Under the pieces are notes generated by a model that saw only the letters and a list, made by a program, of their open reading frames with translations, was not told where the DNA came from and did not search any database. This document shows positions 1 through 13,050 of a stretch of 64,000 bases of DNA, in pieces. How positions within the stretch are numbered: position 1 is the first letter of the stretch; the number at the start of each line of letters is the position of its first letter. This DNA comes from the human T2T-CHM13v2.0 reference genome, Homo sapiens. The DNA lies in assembly GCF_009914755.1 (NCBI RefSeq), contig NC_060935.1; one strand, written 5' to 3'. The position numbers and the translations under genes are program-made.

Positions 1-1287
1 GAGGAGCAGCTGCAGGGACTCCAGGAGAACGCAGCCATGGCTTGGGGACTGCAGTACGGCAGGAAGGGTGGGATGGATGCCTCCTCTCGGGGCACCTCAC
101 AGGACAGATGAGAATGAGGTCAGATTTGGGTGGGATGGTTGGGGAGGCGGTGTGAATGGGCCATTGACAAACCAAATTCCCCATCAGCCTTGGCTCAGTA
201 TGGATGGGAGGGATGGAGAGCGGGGAGTGTGGGAACTAACTAGAGACTTTGGCTGCACTACACCTCCCCACAAGTCCCCCCAGTACTATTTTTCTGACCC
301 CTGCAGGGCCCAGCTCTGGAATATTCTCCAGGTGCCCACTGACCTTCCACACAGACAGCAGGAAGCTGACCCCAGCATCTGCCTGGTGGGCCATTGGGTG
401 CCATCTCTAGCCTTGCTTCCCGAGACCCATTCTGGGCTGTGGCCAGGCTCACCACACTACTCTGAGGGGTGTGGGAATGTGGGTGGGGTAGGACACAGAG
501 CCTGCAGCCTGGGAAGAGTCCCCAAGGGAGAGGGGAAGCTGTCCCAGTCAGGGCAGACACCAGAGAGGAGTGAAGTTCAGATCCGGCTCCAGCAGAGCCC
601 CTCCACCCACTCACCACATACCCCTTAGGCAGCAGTTTCCCTGCAAGTGCTGGGGCAGCCATTCACACACACACAGTCTGACTCAGAGATTTCATCTTCC
701 CACCTGTTCACCTTTGCTCAGGAAGCCCCTGCCCACATCCCATTCTGGTGACATTTGCCCTGTTTTCCAACTCTTCCAAATGCCAACTCCTCCAGGAAGC
801 CGTTCCAGATTCTTCCAGCTGGGGGTAACCTCTCCCATATGCTGTTTGATGACCTTCTCTTTGAGGTTCATCCCTCCTTGTTTCCGGTGTTGCTCTTCCT
901 CTCTCCAGCCCAACTGTGTTCAAATGTAAGCCATTCTAGGGCAGACAGGTGGGGCGAGGGAAAGAACCAGCAGTCCCAGGTTCAAATTCCAGCACTGCAT
1001 CACTGGCTTTAAGAGAACTCAGTGAAATGTCCTTCCCCTTTTCAATAGGTGAGAAACTGATGCTCAGAGGGGGCAAGCAAGGTCCAAGCTCACCCCAAAG
1101 TAAACAGCAGAGTGGAGGCCAGCCCCCAGGTCTGCCTGGTACCAGAGCTCTTCCTCTCCGTGCCATTGCCCTTGTGGTTTCTCTTCCCTTCCACCAATCC
1201 CACACAGGGTGAGCATGGCCAGGGAAGGAGATAGCACTGCAAATGCTTAGAAAAGTGACTACACCTGCATGTCTGTGGAGCTAGTAA

Positions 1288-2140
<853 letters not shown>

Positions 2141-3069
2141 CTAGGAGGAGTTCTGTTACCTGCCCAAGGCCATGCAGCTACTCAGCAACAGAACTGGGGC
2201 TCAAACTTGAGCCCTCCACTGGTAACAGAGCCCTTCCTGGCCTCCTCTTCCCCTCTTTCTGGACAAATCTGTGCTGAAGGCTCCAATGTTCCCAGCCTGT
2301 GCCTGGTGAACACAGGCCTGAGGGAGCTGGCTCTGCAGGAAGCCTGCCCTGACCCCAGGGTCTCTGGTGCCAAAACAGCCTGAAGACTGTCATTTGGGTC
2401 ACTTTGTGTTTGGAGCACTACAGCTTCATGATCCGAGTGAGATGGGATAACATGGACCCCTTAAGGGGTCAATTTAAGCAGAGAGAGAGATTAGCTGGGA
2501 CCACATGGAGGGAACAGAGCATGGCCTTGAGCCATAGCTGCCTATCTCTGAGCCTCTGGCTCCTTGTTTTAGGCATAGAGAGACTCTCCCTCCAGGCCCT
2601 AGTTGCTATTTTTTAGGTCATCCTGGGTCTAGATGGGGTAGCCAGGGTTACAACTGGGAACAGAAAGTCTCAGCTCAGGGTCCCTGACTGAGCTGGGAAA
2701 CCACCAGAAAGTTTGCCTGGCCCCTCCGCAAACCTGCCAGATCTCCTTCAAGAAACAACAGCTGGAGTCTCACAAAGCTGGACCTCAAGCATGCTATTGT
2801 CCTCCCAGCAGACCACCCAAGGTCCTGCTGGGAGGAATTTCCCAAATATGACAGCCAAGCCCAATGCCTGGAGACATGCCCCCTTCCTGCCTTTGACTCT
2901 CTCTCCTCCAGAATGCTGGGCCAGGCCGAACAAGGAACTGGAGCATTCAGGGCCCTTATGCTGCCCCCATCCCAACTCATGCACACCACCGCAGTCCCCA
3001 CCCACAGACCCCGTGCTCCAGCCTTCTCTTCCCCTTCATTTAGTTTAGTTCAATTCAACCATCTTGTTC

Positions 3070-3381
<312 letters not shown>

Positions 3382-4181
3382 TAAGTGGTTTGCTGGGGAA
3401 GAAGAACACTCCACGCTGAGGGGGTACAGCTGGTACAAAGGCTTTGAGGTGGAAAAGAACATGATGAATTTGGGGAATGGCAAGAATCTATTGGAGCCAG
3501 GGAATAATGCTCACTAGGGTGGGGGGTACGTGGGATGGGACTGGCTTCCACTAGCCTTGACCTCCTTGGGACTGAGCCTGTACTCACGGTTTGCAGACGG
3601 AGCTGGGAGTTGGGGAGGGGCTAACCATTGTTGAGGACCACAGTATACCAGGCATAGGACATTTTCCTTTAATCCTAATAAAAACACTGGGAGATAGACA
3701 CTGCTCACTCACTTACAGAGAAGAAAACAGGCTTAGAGAGGCTAAATCAGATGTCTTAGGTCACATAGCTACGATATGACAAAACAAATATTTGAATCCA
3801 AAGTCTTCTCACCCAGAGGCTTTCAGCAGGGAACTAACATGATCCACCAGGACTGGGGGAGTACAAGACAACCTCTGCCCTGGGGGAGTTTATTGCCTAG
3901 TCAGGCAGATAAGAGGGAAACATAAGTAATGCAAGAGAGTGACCGGCAGAAATTGGCCTGGGAGTGGGGTTTTATGGAGGGAGAGATGAGAGATGAGCTG
4001 GGCTGCAGGAGCTTGGCAGGGGGATCTGCAGGCCCAGGGAACCCCAAGCAACTTTAGGAGGTAGGAAGGGCCCAAGGCAGGGGCTTGTGGCCTTGAAGTT
4101 GTCTGCCTCCCACCCCAACACCTCTGGAGGGAGGTGTCTGCCATTATCATGAGGAATGGATTGCCCAGCATCTGCTGCTGA

Positions 4182-4700
4182 TGTTACCAGAAAGGGGTCT
4201 GGATCCAGACCCCAAGAGAGGGCTCTTGGATCTCGTGCAAGAAAGAATTCAGTGTGAGTCTGTAAAGTGAAAGCAAGTTTATTAGGAAAGTAAAGGAATA
4301 AAAGAATGGCTACTCCATAGGCAGAGCAGCCCCGAGGGCTGCTTATTGCCCATTTTTATGGTTATTTCATGATGATATGCTAAACAAGGGGTGGATTATT
4401 CATGCCTCCCTTTTAGACCATATAGGGTAACTTCCTGACATTGCCATGGCATTTGTAAACTGTCATGGTGCTGGTGGGAGTGTAGCAGTGAGGACAACCA
4501 GAGGGCATTCTCATCGCCATCTTGGCATTGGTGGGATTTAGCCGGCTTCTTTACTGCAAGCTGTTTTATCAGCAAGGTCATTATGATCTGTACCCTGTGC
4601 TGACCTCCTATCTCATTCTGTGACCTGGAATGCCTAACTCTTTGGGAATGCAGCTCAGTAGGTCTCAGCCTTATTTTACCCAATCCCTACTCAAGATGAA
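4182..4700 (-). mobile_element. MER41A-like ERV1 solo LTR
   Basis: Begins TGTTACCAGAAAGGGGTC...GACCCCAAGAGAGGG (reverse complement of the MER41 3' end); body resembles MER41; about 25 bp of the LTR 5' end is missing. Confidence 0.8.
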
Positions 4701-5292
4701 GATGGAGATGGAGATGGGTAAGAATCTCAATTCAATGGTTTTGAATTTTGTGGGGAGAGAGTCTGAGAATCTGATGGCCACAGCCTCTTCCCTTGAAGGG
4801 CTGATCCATCTTTCAGGAAGTTTCTCTAAAGAACAATCAAACCATTTGCTTTGGACGGACAGTCTAGGAAGAGGAAAAATATTGCTAATGAAGACAGTGA
4901 AATAGCAAATACCATCATGTGAATGTTGACGGTAAGGTACAGTTTGAGTTTTTTAGCTGTCAGGCTGAATGTGGGGATAGATGGCTTTCATCCTCAGGAG
5001 ATGCTTTCTGCACCAGGAAGGAGGGATTACAGTCTCTGCATGGTAGCTGGGGGCTTCAAGCCTGTATCACTGCCTCCTAGCCCAGAGAGGGAGAGAGATG
5101 ATCCAGAGATGGATGAATGGCGATGTCAGGATGGAGGGGTTTACCTGGAGGAAGACCAGGTGTGTATGGAAGGGGATGGATCCAGCTGGGCCCGATTGCC
5201 TCAGATGTGCTTGAATATTTATCAGGAAAAGAGAGCAAGGGCCACCTATATGCCAGGCCAGCTGCCCCAAAGGCCTTACCTCTTTGAGGTCG

Positions 5293-6276
5293 TATAGAGG
5301 AGAAGAGATTTCTTGTCCTCACTCTTTGCTAGGCTGGTGGCTGAGGTCCCTATAACAAAAGACAGCTTAACAGGAGAAAAGCATACAAATTTATTTGGCT
5401 TTTAAAAATTTAATTTACTTATTATTATTTTTACATAGAGATGGGGTATCACCATGTCACCCAGGCTACTCTGGAACTACTGGGCTTGGTAATTCTCCCA
5501 CCTCGGCCTCCCAAAGTGTTGGAATTACAGGCGTGAGCCACTGCGCCTGGCCCAAATTTATTTAATATAAGTTTTACATGACACAGGGGCCTTCAGAAAT
5601 GAAGACCCAAAGAAATGGGAAAACGTGTGTATTCTTAAACTTTTTAGTTTTTATTATATTGAATTAAATTAAATTATTTATTTATTTATTTTTTGAGACA
5701 GGGTCTCACGCTGTCGCCCAGGCTGGAGTGCAGTGGCATGATCTCGGCTCACTGCAACCTCTGACTCCCAGGCTCAAGTGATCCTCTTGCCTCGGCCTCC
5801 CGAGTAGCTGGGATTACAGGCATGCACCACCACACCTGGCTAATTTTTTGCATTTGTAGTACAGATGAGGTTTCACCATGTTGCCCAGGCTGGTTTATTA
5901 TTTTTTAATCATCTAGCCTAAAATGTCAAAAACTTGTGACTTTTTATGCCAAGTTTGATGAAGAAGTATATAGTTGTGGAAGTATTGCACAAAGAGTGTG
6001 TGAGCTAATGGTGATACACTTAGGGGAACCTAGCAAGGCCTGTTTGTTCAGATTCTTCTCTGTGTCCTTGCATCTTCAAAGTTAAAGCTGTTTTTTTTTT
6101 CTCCAGGTACAAAGACAGCAACTCTCAAATGAGAATCTTATGACCTATTTCAGGGTGAAAGGTGGGAGAAGGTCAGAGTGGGGTGACTATCCTAGGTTTT
6201 ATGACCTGCTTCTACTGTTTTCTCAAATGTGGCCAAGGTGCCATATTTGGAGAATAGTGTGTCCTGAATTCCATCA
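5293..6276 (-). mobile_element. ERV1-class solo LTR (MER34/MER39-like) interrupted by an Alu monomer (~5400-5553) and a partial Alu (~5640-5893)
   Basis: Minus strand starts TGATGGAATTCAGGACAC...AAATATGGCACCTTGG; aaatttattt duplicated around the monomer. Subfamily uncertain. Confidence 0.6.
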
Positions 6277-7364
6277 GTAAATACTGTTATATTCACCTTA
6301 CAAATGGGGAAACTGAGGCTCAGAAAGCTCAGGGATGTGCCCAGGCTCACACAGTGGGCTTGTAGCACATCTGGGATTCCAACCCAGGTCTGAGGCCTTA
6401 AAGCCTATTCTCAGCCTCACATTTCCCTGAGATCTGTCCTTTGCTGCTGGGAGGCAGCCAAAGGAGGCAGAATCCTGGGCCTTTCCCACAGAGAACAGGT
6501 AAAGGAAGGCGGTCCTTGCAGTCAGGCTGGTCTCTGAAACCTTGCTCCTCATCACCCAGACTCAGGTGGTGTGGAGAAGGCTGACTCTACCCATGAAGGG
6601 CAGCCCCTTGAAGGGTGAGTCTCTGACTGACCAGATACCTGGGAAACGAAGTTTGTGGCTGACAGACTTTCAGGAACTTGTCTGACTGTCTTATGAGGAG
6701 CTGCAGGCAGGTGGCTGACTGACGGCCTGAACGGACAGCTCTCCTGAAAGACAGTAGCCCGCCGGCTGGCTGGCTTACCAGCAGGTGGACACGATGTGCC
6801 TGCATGAGTGATCAGCCAAGTGACCGACTGACAGTCAGACACACAGACCCATTGCGGGCCAGCTCGGGCTGTGGGTCCCTAGCCCCTGGAGCCACCTGGC
6901 CTACCTGGGACCCCAAAACTTAGCTGCCCACCTGGGAGAGAGAGGGACTGGGTTTTTTAAACTAGGGCCTGGCTCCCTGCCCCAGGTCCCTTCATTCCCG
7001 CAGGCAACCGCCTGCCCAGCCCAGGTTCAGTCCCATGGCCGTCCCATCCTCCTGTCAGGGGTGGCCCCTGACAAAGGCCCCACAGCACAGGGCAGGGTCT
7101 CAGTGCCCTTCCACAGGAGGACACGCAGTCCTGGACTGGACCATCCTTCCAAGGGGAGTTCCGCCCTGAGTCAGGGAGGCGAAGGTTTGCTGTCAGCGCG
7201 TCAGCAGAGACCCCAGCCCACAGGAAAGGCTCGGAGGGGGTGGGCAGCCTGCCTGACAAGCCCCATTCAGTGACCAGCTGACCCCCAATACATGACTCGT
7301 GCTCCTCTCAGAACCCGGAGGAATGTGGCCAGTGCTTCCCTCCCCTGCCCAGAGGCACAGGCTG

Positions 7365-7377
7365 TGGACTTTGCCCT
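7365..7377 (-). promoter_or_regulatory. HNF4A-type DR1 element AGGGCA-A-AGTCCA
   Basis: + strand TGGACTTTGCCCT contains the HNF4-specific core CAAAGTCCA (reverse complement). Adjacent ACAAACA (FOX-like) and GATAAA at 7402-7407. Confidence 0.8.
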
Positions 7378-7379
7378 CC

Positions 7380-7506
7380 ACAAACAGCCATATCTCTAAA
7401 GGATAAAGTACTCCCAGGAAGGCTTTGAGCCTTGGCAGAAGAGGCTGGGATTGAAGCTTCAGGGAGAGCCAGAGGTGAGGCTGGAGTGGGAGATCACCTG
7501 AGGCAG
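7380..7506 (+). other. SLCO2B1: Non-coding alternative first exon (probably the liver-type '1e'; TSS approximate)
   Basis: ATG-free segment ending in strong donor CAG|gtgagc, directly downstream of an HNF4-type DR1. SLCO2B1 is known to use several first exons. Confidence 0.75.
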
Positions 7507-8376
7507 GTGAGCAGGCTCCATGAGTGGGCAGGTGAGAGGCCAGGGGGCTGGAACTGGGGCTAGACAGGCTGGGGCACAGCAAGGATGCCACCAGTATACC
7601 CAGGAAGCTAAGTGGAGGGTCCAGGGTCTGGCCTGGAGGCGGGGGCCTCACATTCTGAGCTGGCCCACAGGCTTCCACCCCTCTCCCCCATCCATTCCTT
7701 GGGTTTCCTTCAGAGCTGGGGCTCCAGGTCAAGGACTTCTGCTCCCAGCCTCAGCTCCCGCTCTCTCACCTGGTTGGCTTGGCCCCTTGGTGGACTGGCA
7801 CTGCTACCTATGAAGTGACTTGGCTAGGTTTGGGTGGGCCAAGACAGAGAAAAGCACTGTGCTTCTTCCCCCTGTCAAACTTGTACAAGGAGCATTGAGT
7901 GATGTTGAGTTTAACACTTACCTGAGCTTGAGTCCTGGGACCAATGCTAACCAGCAAAGCTAGTTCCTCTGAGCCTGGGTGTCCTTATCAGAAGCATAGA
8001 GATAATAAGACACCAAAGGGACGGAGCTGTGGAGAGGGTTCATGGGCCAGTGCACAGAAAGCCTGTGGCATGGAGCCCAGACTACAGCAGGAAACCCACT
8101 GCGGCTGGTGAGAGGAGCTGAGGCTCAGAAATGGTCCCCTCCACCTCCTCTGGGAGCCTTTGCTTTGAACTGCCTTATTTCCTCCTTGCCTTTAAAGTGA
8201 CTCCCACTGAGTGTCCCATGACACTCCTCTTCCCTAGGCCAATTTCCCGTCTCCTCGTCAGGTGTCAGTTTTGTTTCAACAGTTCCTTGCTTCCTCTGAG
8301 TGTTTATGCCCCGCAGAGGGACTCCTCCCTAGCCACACGCACTTCCATTTCCTCAGCCAAATTCCTCAACCTGTTT

Positions 8377-9065
8377 GTATAGACATTTCTCCAAAGCAAG
8401 ATATACAAATGGCAGTAGGCACATGAAAAGATGCTCAATATCATTAGTCATTAGAAAAATGCAAACCAAAACCACACTGAGATACCACCTCTACCCTATG
8501 AGGATGGCTATAATTGAAAAGGCAGACAATGAAAGTATTAGCAAAGATGTAGAGAAATTGGGACATTGCTGGAGGGAGTGTAAAATGGTGTTGCCACTGT
8601 GGAAAATGGTTTGGCAGTTCCTCACATGGTTAAACATAGCATTATTGTATATGAACATATGACCCAGCAATTCCGCTCCTAGGTGTACACCCAAGAGAAT
8701 TGAAAATGTATGTCTCCATACAAATTTGTACATGAATGCTTCTAATACCTAAGACTTGAAAACATTATGCTAAGTGAAAGAAGCCAGTCACAAAAGGTCA
8801 CATATTGTGTGATTTCATTTATATGAAATGTTCAGAATATAGGCAGATTCATAGAGACAAATAGTAGATGAGTGTTTGTCAGGGAAGAGGGAGGAATGGA
8901 GGGTGACTACAGATGGGTACGGGACTTCTTATGAGTGAATGAAAATATTCTGGAATTAGATAGTGGAGATAGTTGTATGGCTTTGTAAATGTACTAAAAC
9001 CCACTGGATTGTGCACTTTTAAAAGGGTGGATTTTATGGCTATGAATTACATCTCAATTTTAAAA
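8377..9065 (+). mobile_element. L1M (L1MB-like) 3' fragment: ORF2 C-terminal remnant plus 3' UTR
   Basis: ORF 8375-8662 resembles the L1 ORF2 end (HMKRCSISLVIRKMQTKTTLRYHL); typical tatgctaagtgaaagaagccagtcacaaaag 3' UTR motif. Confidence 0.85.
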
Positions 9066-10256
9066 ATCATCAGGCTCCCAGGTACCTTGTAAGAGGAGCA
9101 CAAAAACTTCACCTGTGGTGGTTCAGGGCCTCTGTAGCCCCCTCCCTGAGTTTGTCTTTAGCCCTGGAGATAGAGTGAGAGTCCCCCAGATCAGAGGAAT
9201 CCTGAGGTCAATTTTCAGGCTCCAGAAAGCATGCTGAGTGAAAGGAAACTCCTGCCGGTGGTGAGAGGGACATGAAACAATGGAGGCTTCCGGCAGGAAG
9301 TGGAGCCGCAGAAGGGGAGGAAGACCAAGGAGGCCTGGGCTGCCAGGAGGAGCAGGTGGTTTCAGTCTAAATAGAGGAGTGGAGTCTCAAGGTTGGACTT
9401 CTGGGCTCCCCACTGAGAGTGAGCTCAGGAGACCCTGGGAAATGCCTCTGAAGGGGCTCAGCTTTCCTCTCATTGCAGTGAGTGAGATACTGATGGTTAC
9501 CATAGTTACCATGTGAGGAAAGCCAACATGCATAAGGGAGGCCAAGGGTCCAAGACAGCTCTGTGTCCTCAGTTATCACCCCATGGGCCTCTGTCCACAA
9601 GAGTGTTAAGTGAGACGAGCTCAGAGGGCCCTTTCTGCCCTGACCAGCAACATGGTCTGATGGTGTGATTTGGGGATTGGCTGGTTAGCTCTGTGATGAC
9701 ATGCACAGGGGTTCCCTGTGCAGGGGTTGAAATCTACTCCAATACACCCCAGAAAAGCCTTTATTCCCTGACTATGGACCTAGCCTTGACCCTGCACCTG
9801 CCCCAGATCTCTGATCCTAGACTGAGCCAGACAGTCCCAGGCCCAGACTCAGTCTCCAAGAGCACAGGATGTCTCACAACCCAAGGCAGGCTGAGAGTCT
9901 TCACGGCTTACCCTACTGCTGGGGCCACTACCTGCAGGTGTGTTGTGTAGAGAGGTCAGCAGCTTCTCCCTAGAAGGGAAGTTTTTCTGGGAGCAGAGTG
10001 AAGTGTGAAATAGGTACCCAGTAGGTATTTGATCAGTAGGGGCACAGGGATACACACCCTTTTAGGAAAGTCCCTTCCAGAACTGTGACCTAAGAATGAG
10101 GAAGGCTGAAGGTGATTTGATTCTCAGATTCTCATCAACCACTAAGAACTCTTCTTCCTGAAAGACCTTGGTTCTGAGGTCTAGGGCTATCTAATCAGGT
10201 CAGGGCCATTCTCGGGGATTCTATCTATTCTCTTTCCCTGGTTTTCTGTCCCTCAG

Positions 10257-10387
10257 GGCCAGCGGGTGAGGTACCCCAGGTACCAGACAAGGAAACCAAA
10301 GCCACAATGGGCACAGAAAACACACCTGGAGGCAAAGCCAGCCCAGACCCTCAGGACGTGCGGCCAAGTGTGTTCCATAACATCAAG
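10257..10387 (+). CDS. SLCO2B1: SLCO2B1 exon 2 (131 nt; GPAGEVPQ...VFHNIK). Contains ATG 10307, the start of the 687-aa isoform.
   Basis: Acceptor ttttctgtccctcag|GG, donor AAG|gtacct. Kozak context gccacaATGG. Confidence 0.97.
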
Positions 10388-11313
10388 GTACCTCTCAGGG
10401 CCTGGCAGGGGCCTCCGAGTCTAGAAGAGCAGGCTCTGCCACGTGCTGGTGGTGTAATGCCAAGGAAGACTTTCTCTGAGCCTCGGTTTCCTCATCTATA
10501 GAATGTGTGGCTGTGAGGATCAAAGGGATGATCTGCGAAAGCACTCAGCTGGGTTTCGGGCACATGGAAGGTGGCCAGTACATGTTCGCTCCTCCCAGAG
10601 AGGAAAGGGGTGTTCTTGGAGTAGTACAGGATGAGGCACCCCTTGTTTCCCACTTTCCCAGAGAAACAGAGAAGTGCCCTGGGGATCCCGAACCTATGTG
10701 GATACTGGGAGTCCTAGCTCCACCAAGGGCAGCTGTGAACATCCAACGTCCACTGGAGCCCACTGGGTGCCAGGCGCTGTGCCAGGTGCCACTCACACGT
10801 GATCTTATTTAGTTCTCACAATATCCCTGGGAACTCGGGCTGTTGTCCTCATTGTACAGATGAGGAAACTGAGACTCAGAACAGAGTGAATATATTAAGC
10901 TCTGTCATAAATACTCTATTTTTTAATCCTTTGAAGTTTTTCTTCTCTTAGGAATTCTCTTAGAGTTTCAGGAGGAGACTCCAGGCAGGTTGCGATGTTT
11001 GGGGTGGGGTTCAGTGTGTGCAGGTGGCCTCACAGTGCCACTCTGGGAGAGGACTAGTGGGGGTGGGATGGAGAAGGATCTGGGTGAATCTGAGATAGCT
11101 TCCCTGAGAGAGGGGCAGGATGGTGGAACTGGGAGGAAAGTCCAGCCCAGCCAAGGGGGGCTCTGAGAGTCAGAGGGGCTCCCACCATTCCTGGCCATGG
11201 GAAGACCCTACTCTCGGTCTTGTGGCTCTTCAATAGCCCCCAGGCTCCTGGAGTGTACCCAGGATAGCTTTTCTAGTTTTTAGTCCTGTGTGAGAAGCTG
11301 TGAGTTACACCAG

Positions 11314-11562
11314 TAACCATCTCTCTCTGCCCCCTACCTCCTCTGGCCTTTCTTCCCTTTCTCTCTTTCTCTCCCCTCCCTCCTCCTCTCCCTGTCTCCT
11401 TTGGTCTCTCTCTGTCTCTCTTCTGTTGGTCACTCTCCCGCCCTCTGTCTCTTTCTGTGACTCTGTTTCCCCATCTCTACTCCTTGCTGCTCCCTCTGCC
11501 TCCTTCTGCCTCTTTGTCTCCCCCTGCACCGCCCACCTCTGCCTGCCTCCGGGTCCCCCCAC
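11314..11562 (+). repeat. CT-rich low-complexity polypyrimidine tract upstream of exon 3
   Basis: About 250 nt, predominantly C/T, no AG dinucleotide. Confidence 0.9.
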
Positions 11563-11564
11563 AG

Positions 11565-11702
11565 CTGTTCGTTCTGTGCCACAGCCTGCTGCAGCTGGCG
11601 CAGCTCATGATCTCCGGCTACCTAAAGAGCTCCATCTCCACAGTGGAGAAGCGCTTCGGCCTCTCCAGCCAGACGTCGGGGCTGCTGGCCTCCTTCAACG
11701 AG
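11565..11702 (+). CDS. SLCO2B1: SLCO2B1 exon 3 (138 nt; LFVLCHSLL...ASFNE)
   Basis: ccccacag|CTG ... GAG|gtacag; phase 0/0. Confidence 0.97.
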
Positions 11703-12744
11703 GTACAGGCCCCACCCAGCCACAGGGGTGGACACTGAGGGAGGCTTGCACCGCACCTTCCACCAGCCTCCCCTCTCACTACCCTACCTTAAGGCCTTCC
11801 CCTCCCAGTGCCCTCAGGCAACCCCTGTCCCAGCGCCTGCCTGAAACCTCAGAGCGTTTGCAGCTGTCTTCTAGGACTTGGACTTGGCTGTCTCCCCTTG
11901 GGAACCTCTAATGGGTCGGGTCCTGGAATATTTCGGAGCTAGCCAGGGTCCCCATATCCACCCACTCCCACTTTGTGTCCTTTACCTTTTCAGGCACCCA
12001 ACTATTGCCTGTCCCAGGAAGGAATCAAAGAAAGCCACTTCAACACTAGTGAGAGAGGCTTAAATCGCATCAAGAGCAGAACCTCTGGGCCTTGGGATGG
12101 TCGGGGGAGGGATACCGCGGCGCAGGGTGTCTGTCCTTAGAACTGCCTGGGGATTCACAGGCCTGTGGGGCCCGCAGCCAAGCAGGGAGGAGCAGATGAG
12201 CTGCTTTGGGTGGATTTGGAGATCAGAGTCCAGCTGTGCCCCAGTCCTTCAGTCCTTCCCCCGCCAGATGTTTTTACCCTGAAGGAAGTTGTCTTTCTCC
12301 CCTGTCCCCAGGGCAGAGTCCCATGAAATTCTCCCCCCTTGGTAATGTGTCATATTTCTCACAACCCAAGGCCGTCCAGCTGCAGTGTCCCCAGATCCTC
12401 CTCAGCACCCGCCTCATAGGTGGGAGGGGAAAGTCCTTACTTTGCTCTGGGAGTTTGGGCAAGTCACTCCCCTGTCTCTGGGCCTCAGGGCCCTATCTAT
12501 GAATACGGCCACTATGGAGTGTGGCTGTCCTTTCCAGGGTCAGCCATCCCCTGGCTCCCCTGCTGATACTGATCCACTCCCCCAGCGAGGAGTGTCTGGG
12601 ACTCACCCAAGGTCACCAATCAATAAGCAGCAGAGCCAATGCACCCCCTGCTCATGGTGGCAGAGACTGTCCCTGCCCTGCATGCACTGAAGTCACCTCC
12701 TGAACTCACATCCTAGGATTGTGATCCTAAGGCTCAAAAGGTCA

Positions 12745-13050
<306 letters not shown>

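Noticed and set aside
68-628. 186-aa ORF at the window start
   Set aside because: GTG start, no recognisable homology, intronic G-rich composition
8375-8662. 95-aa ORF resembling L1 ORF2
   Set aside because: Decayed fragment of an old L1; no intact retrotransposon
11300-11911. 203-aa S/L/P-rich ORF overlapping exon 3
   Set aside because: Non-ATG start; open only because the pyrimidine tract lacks stops; out of frame with the true exon
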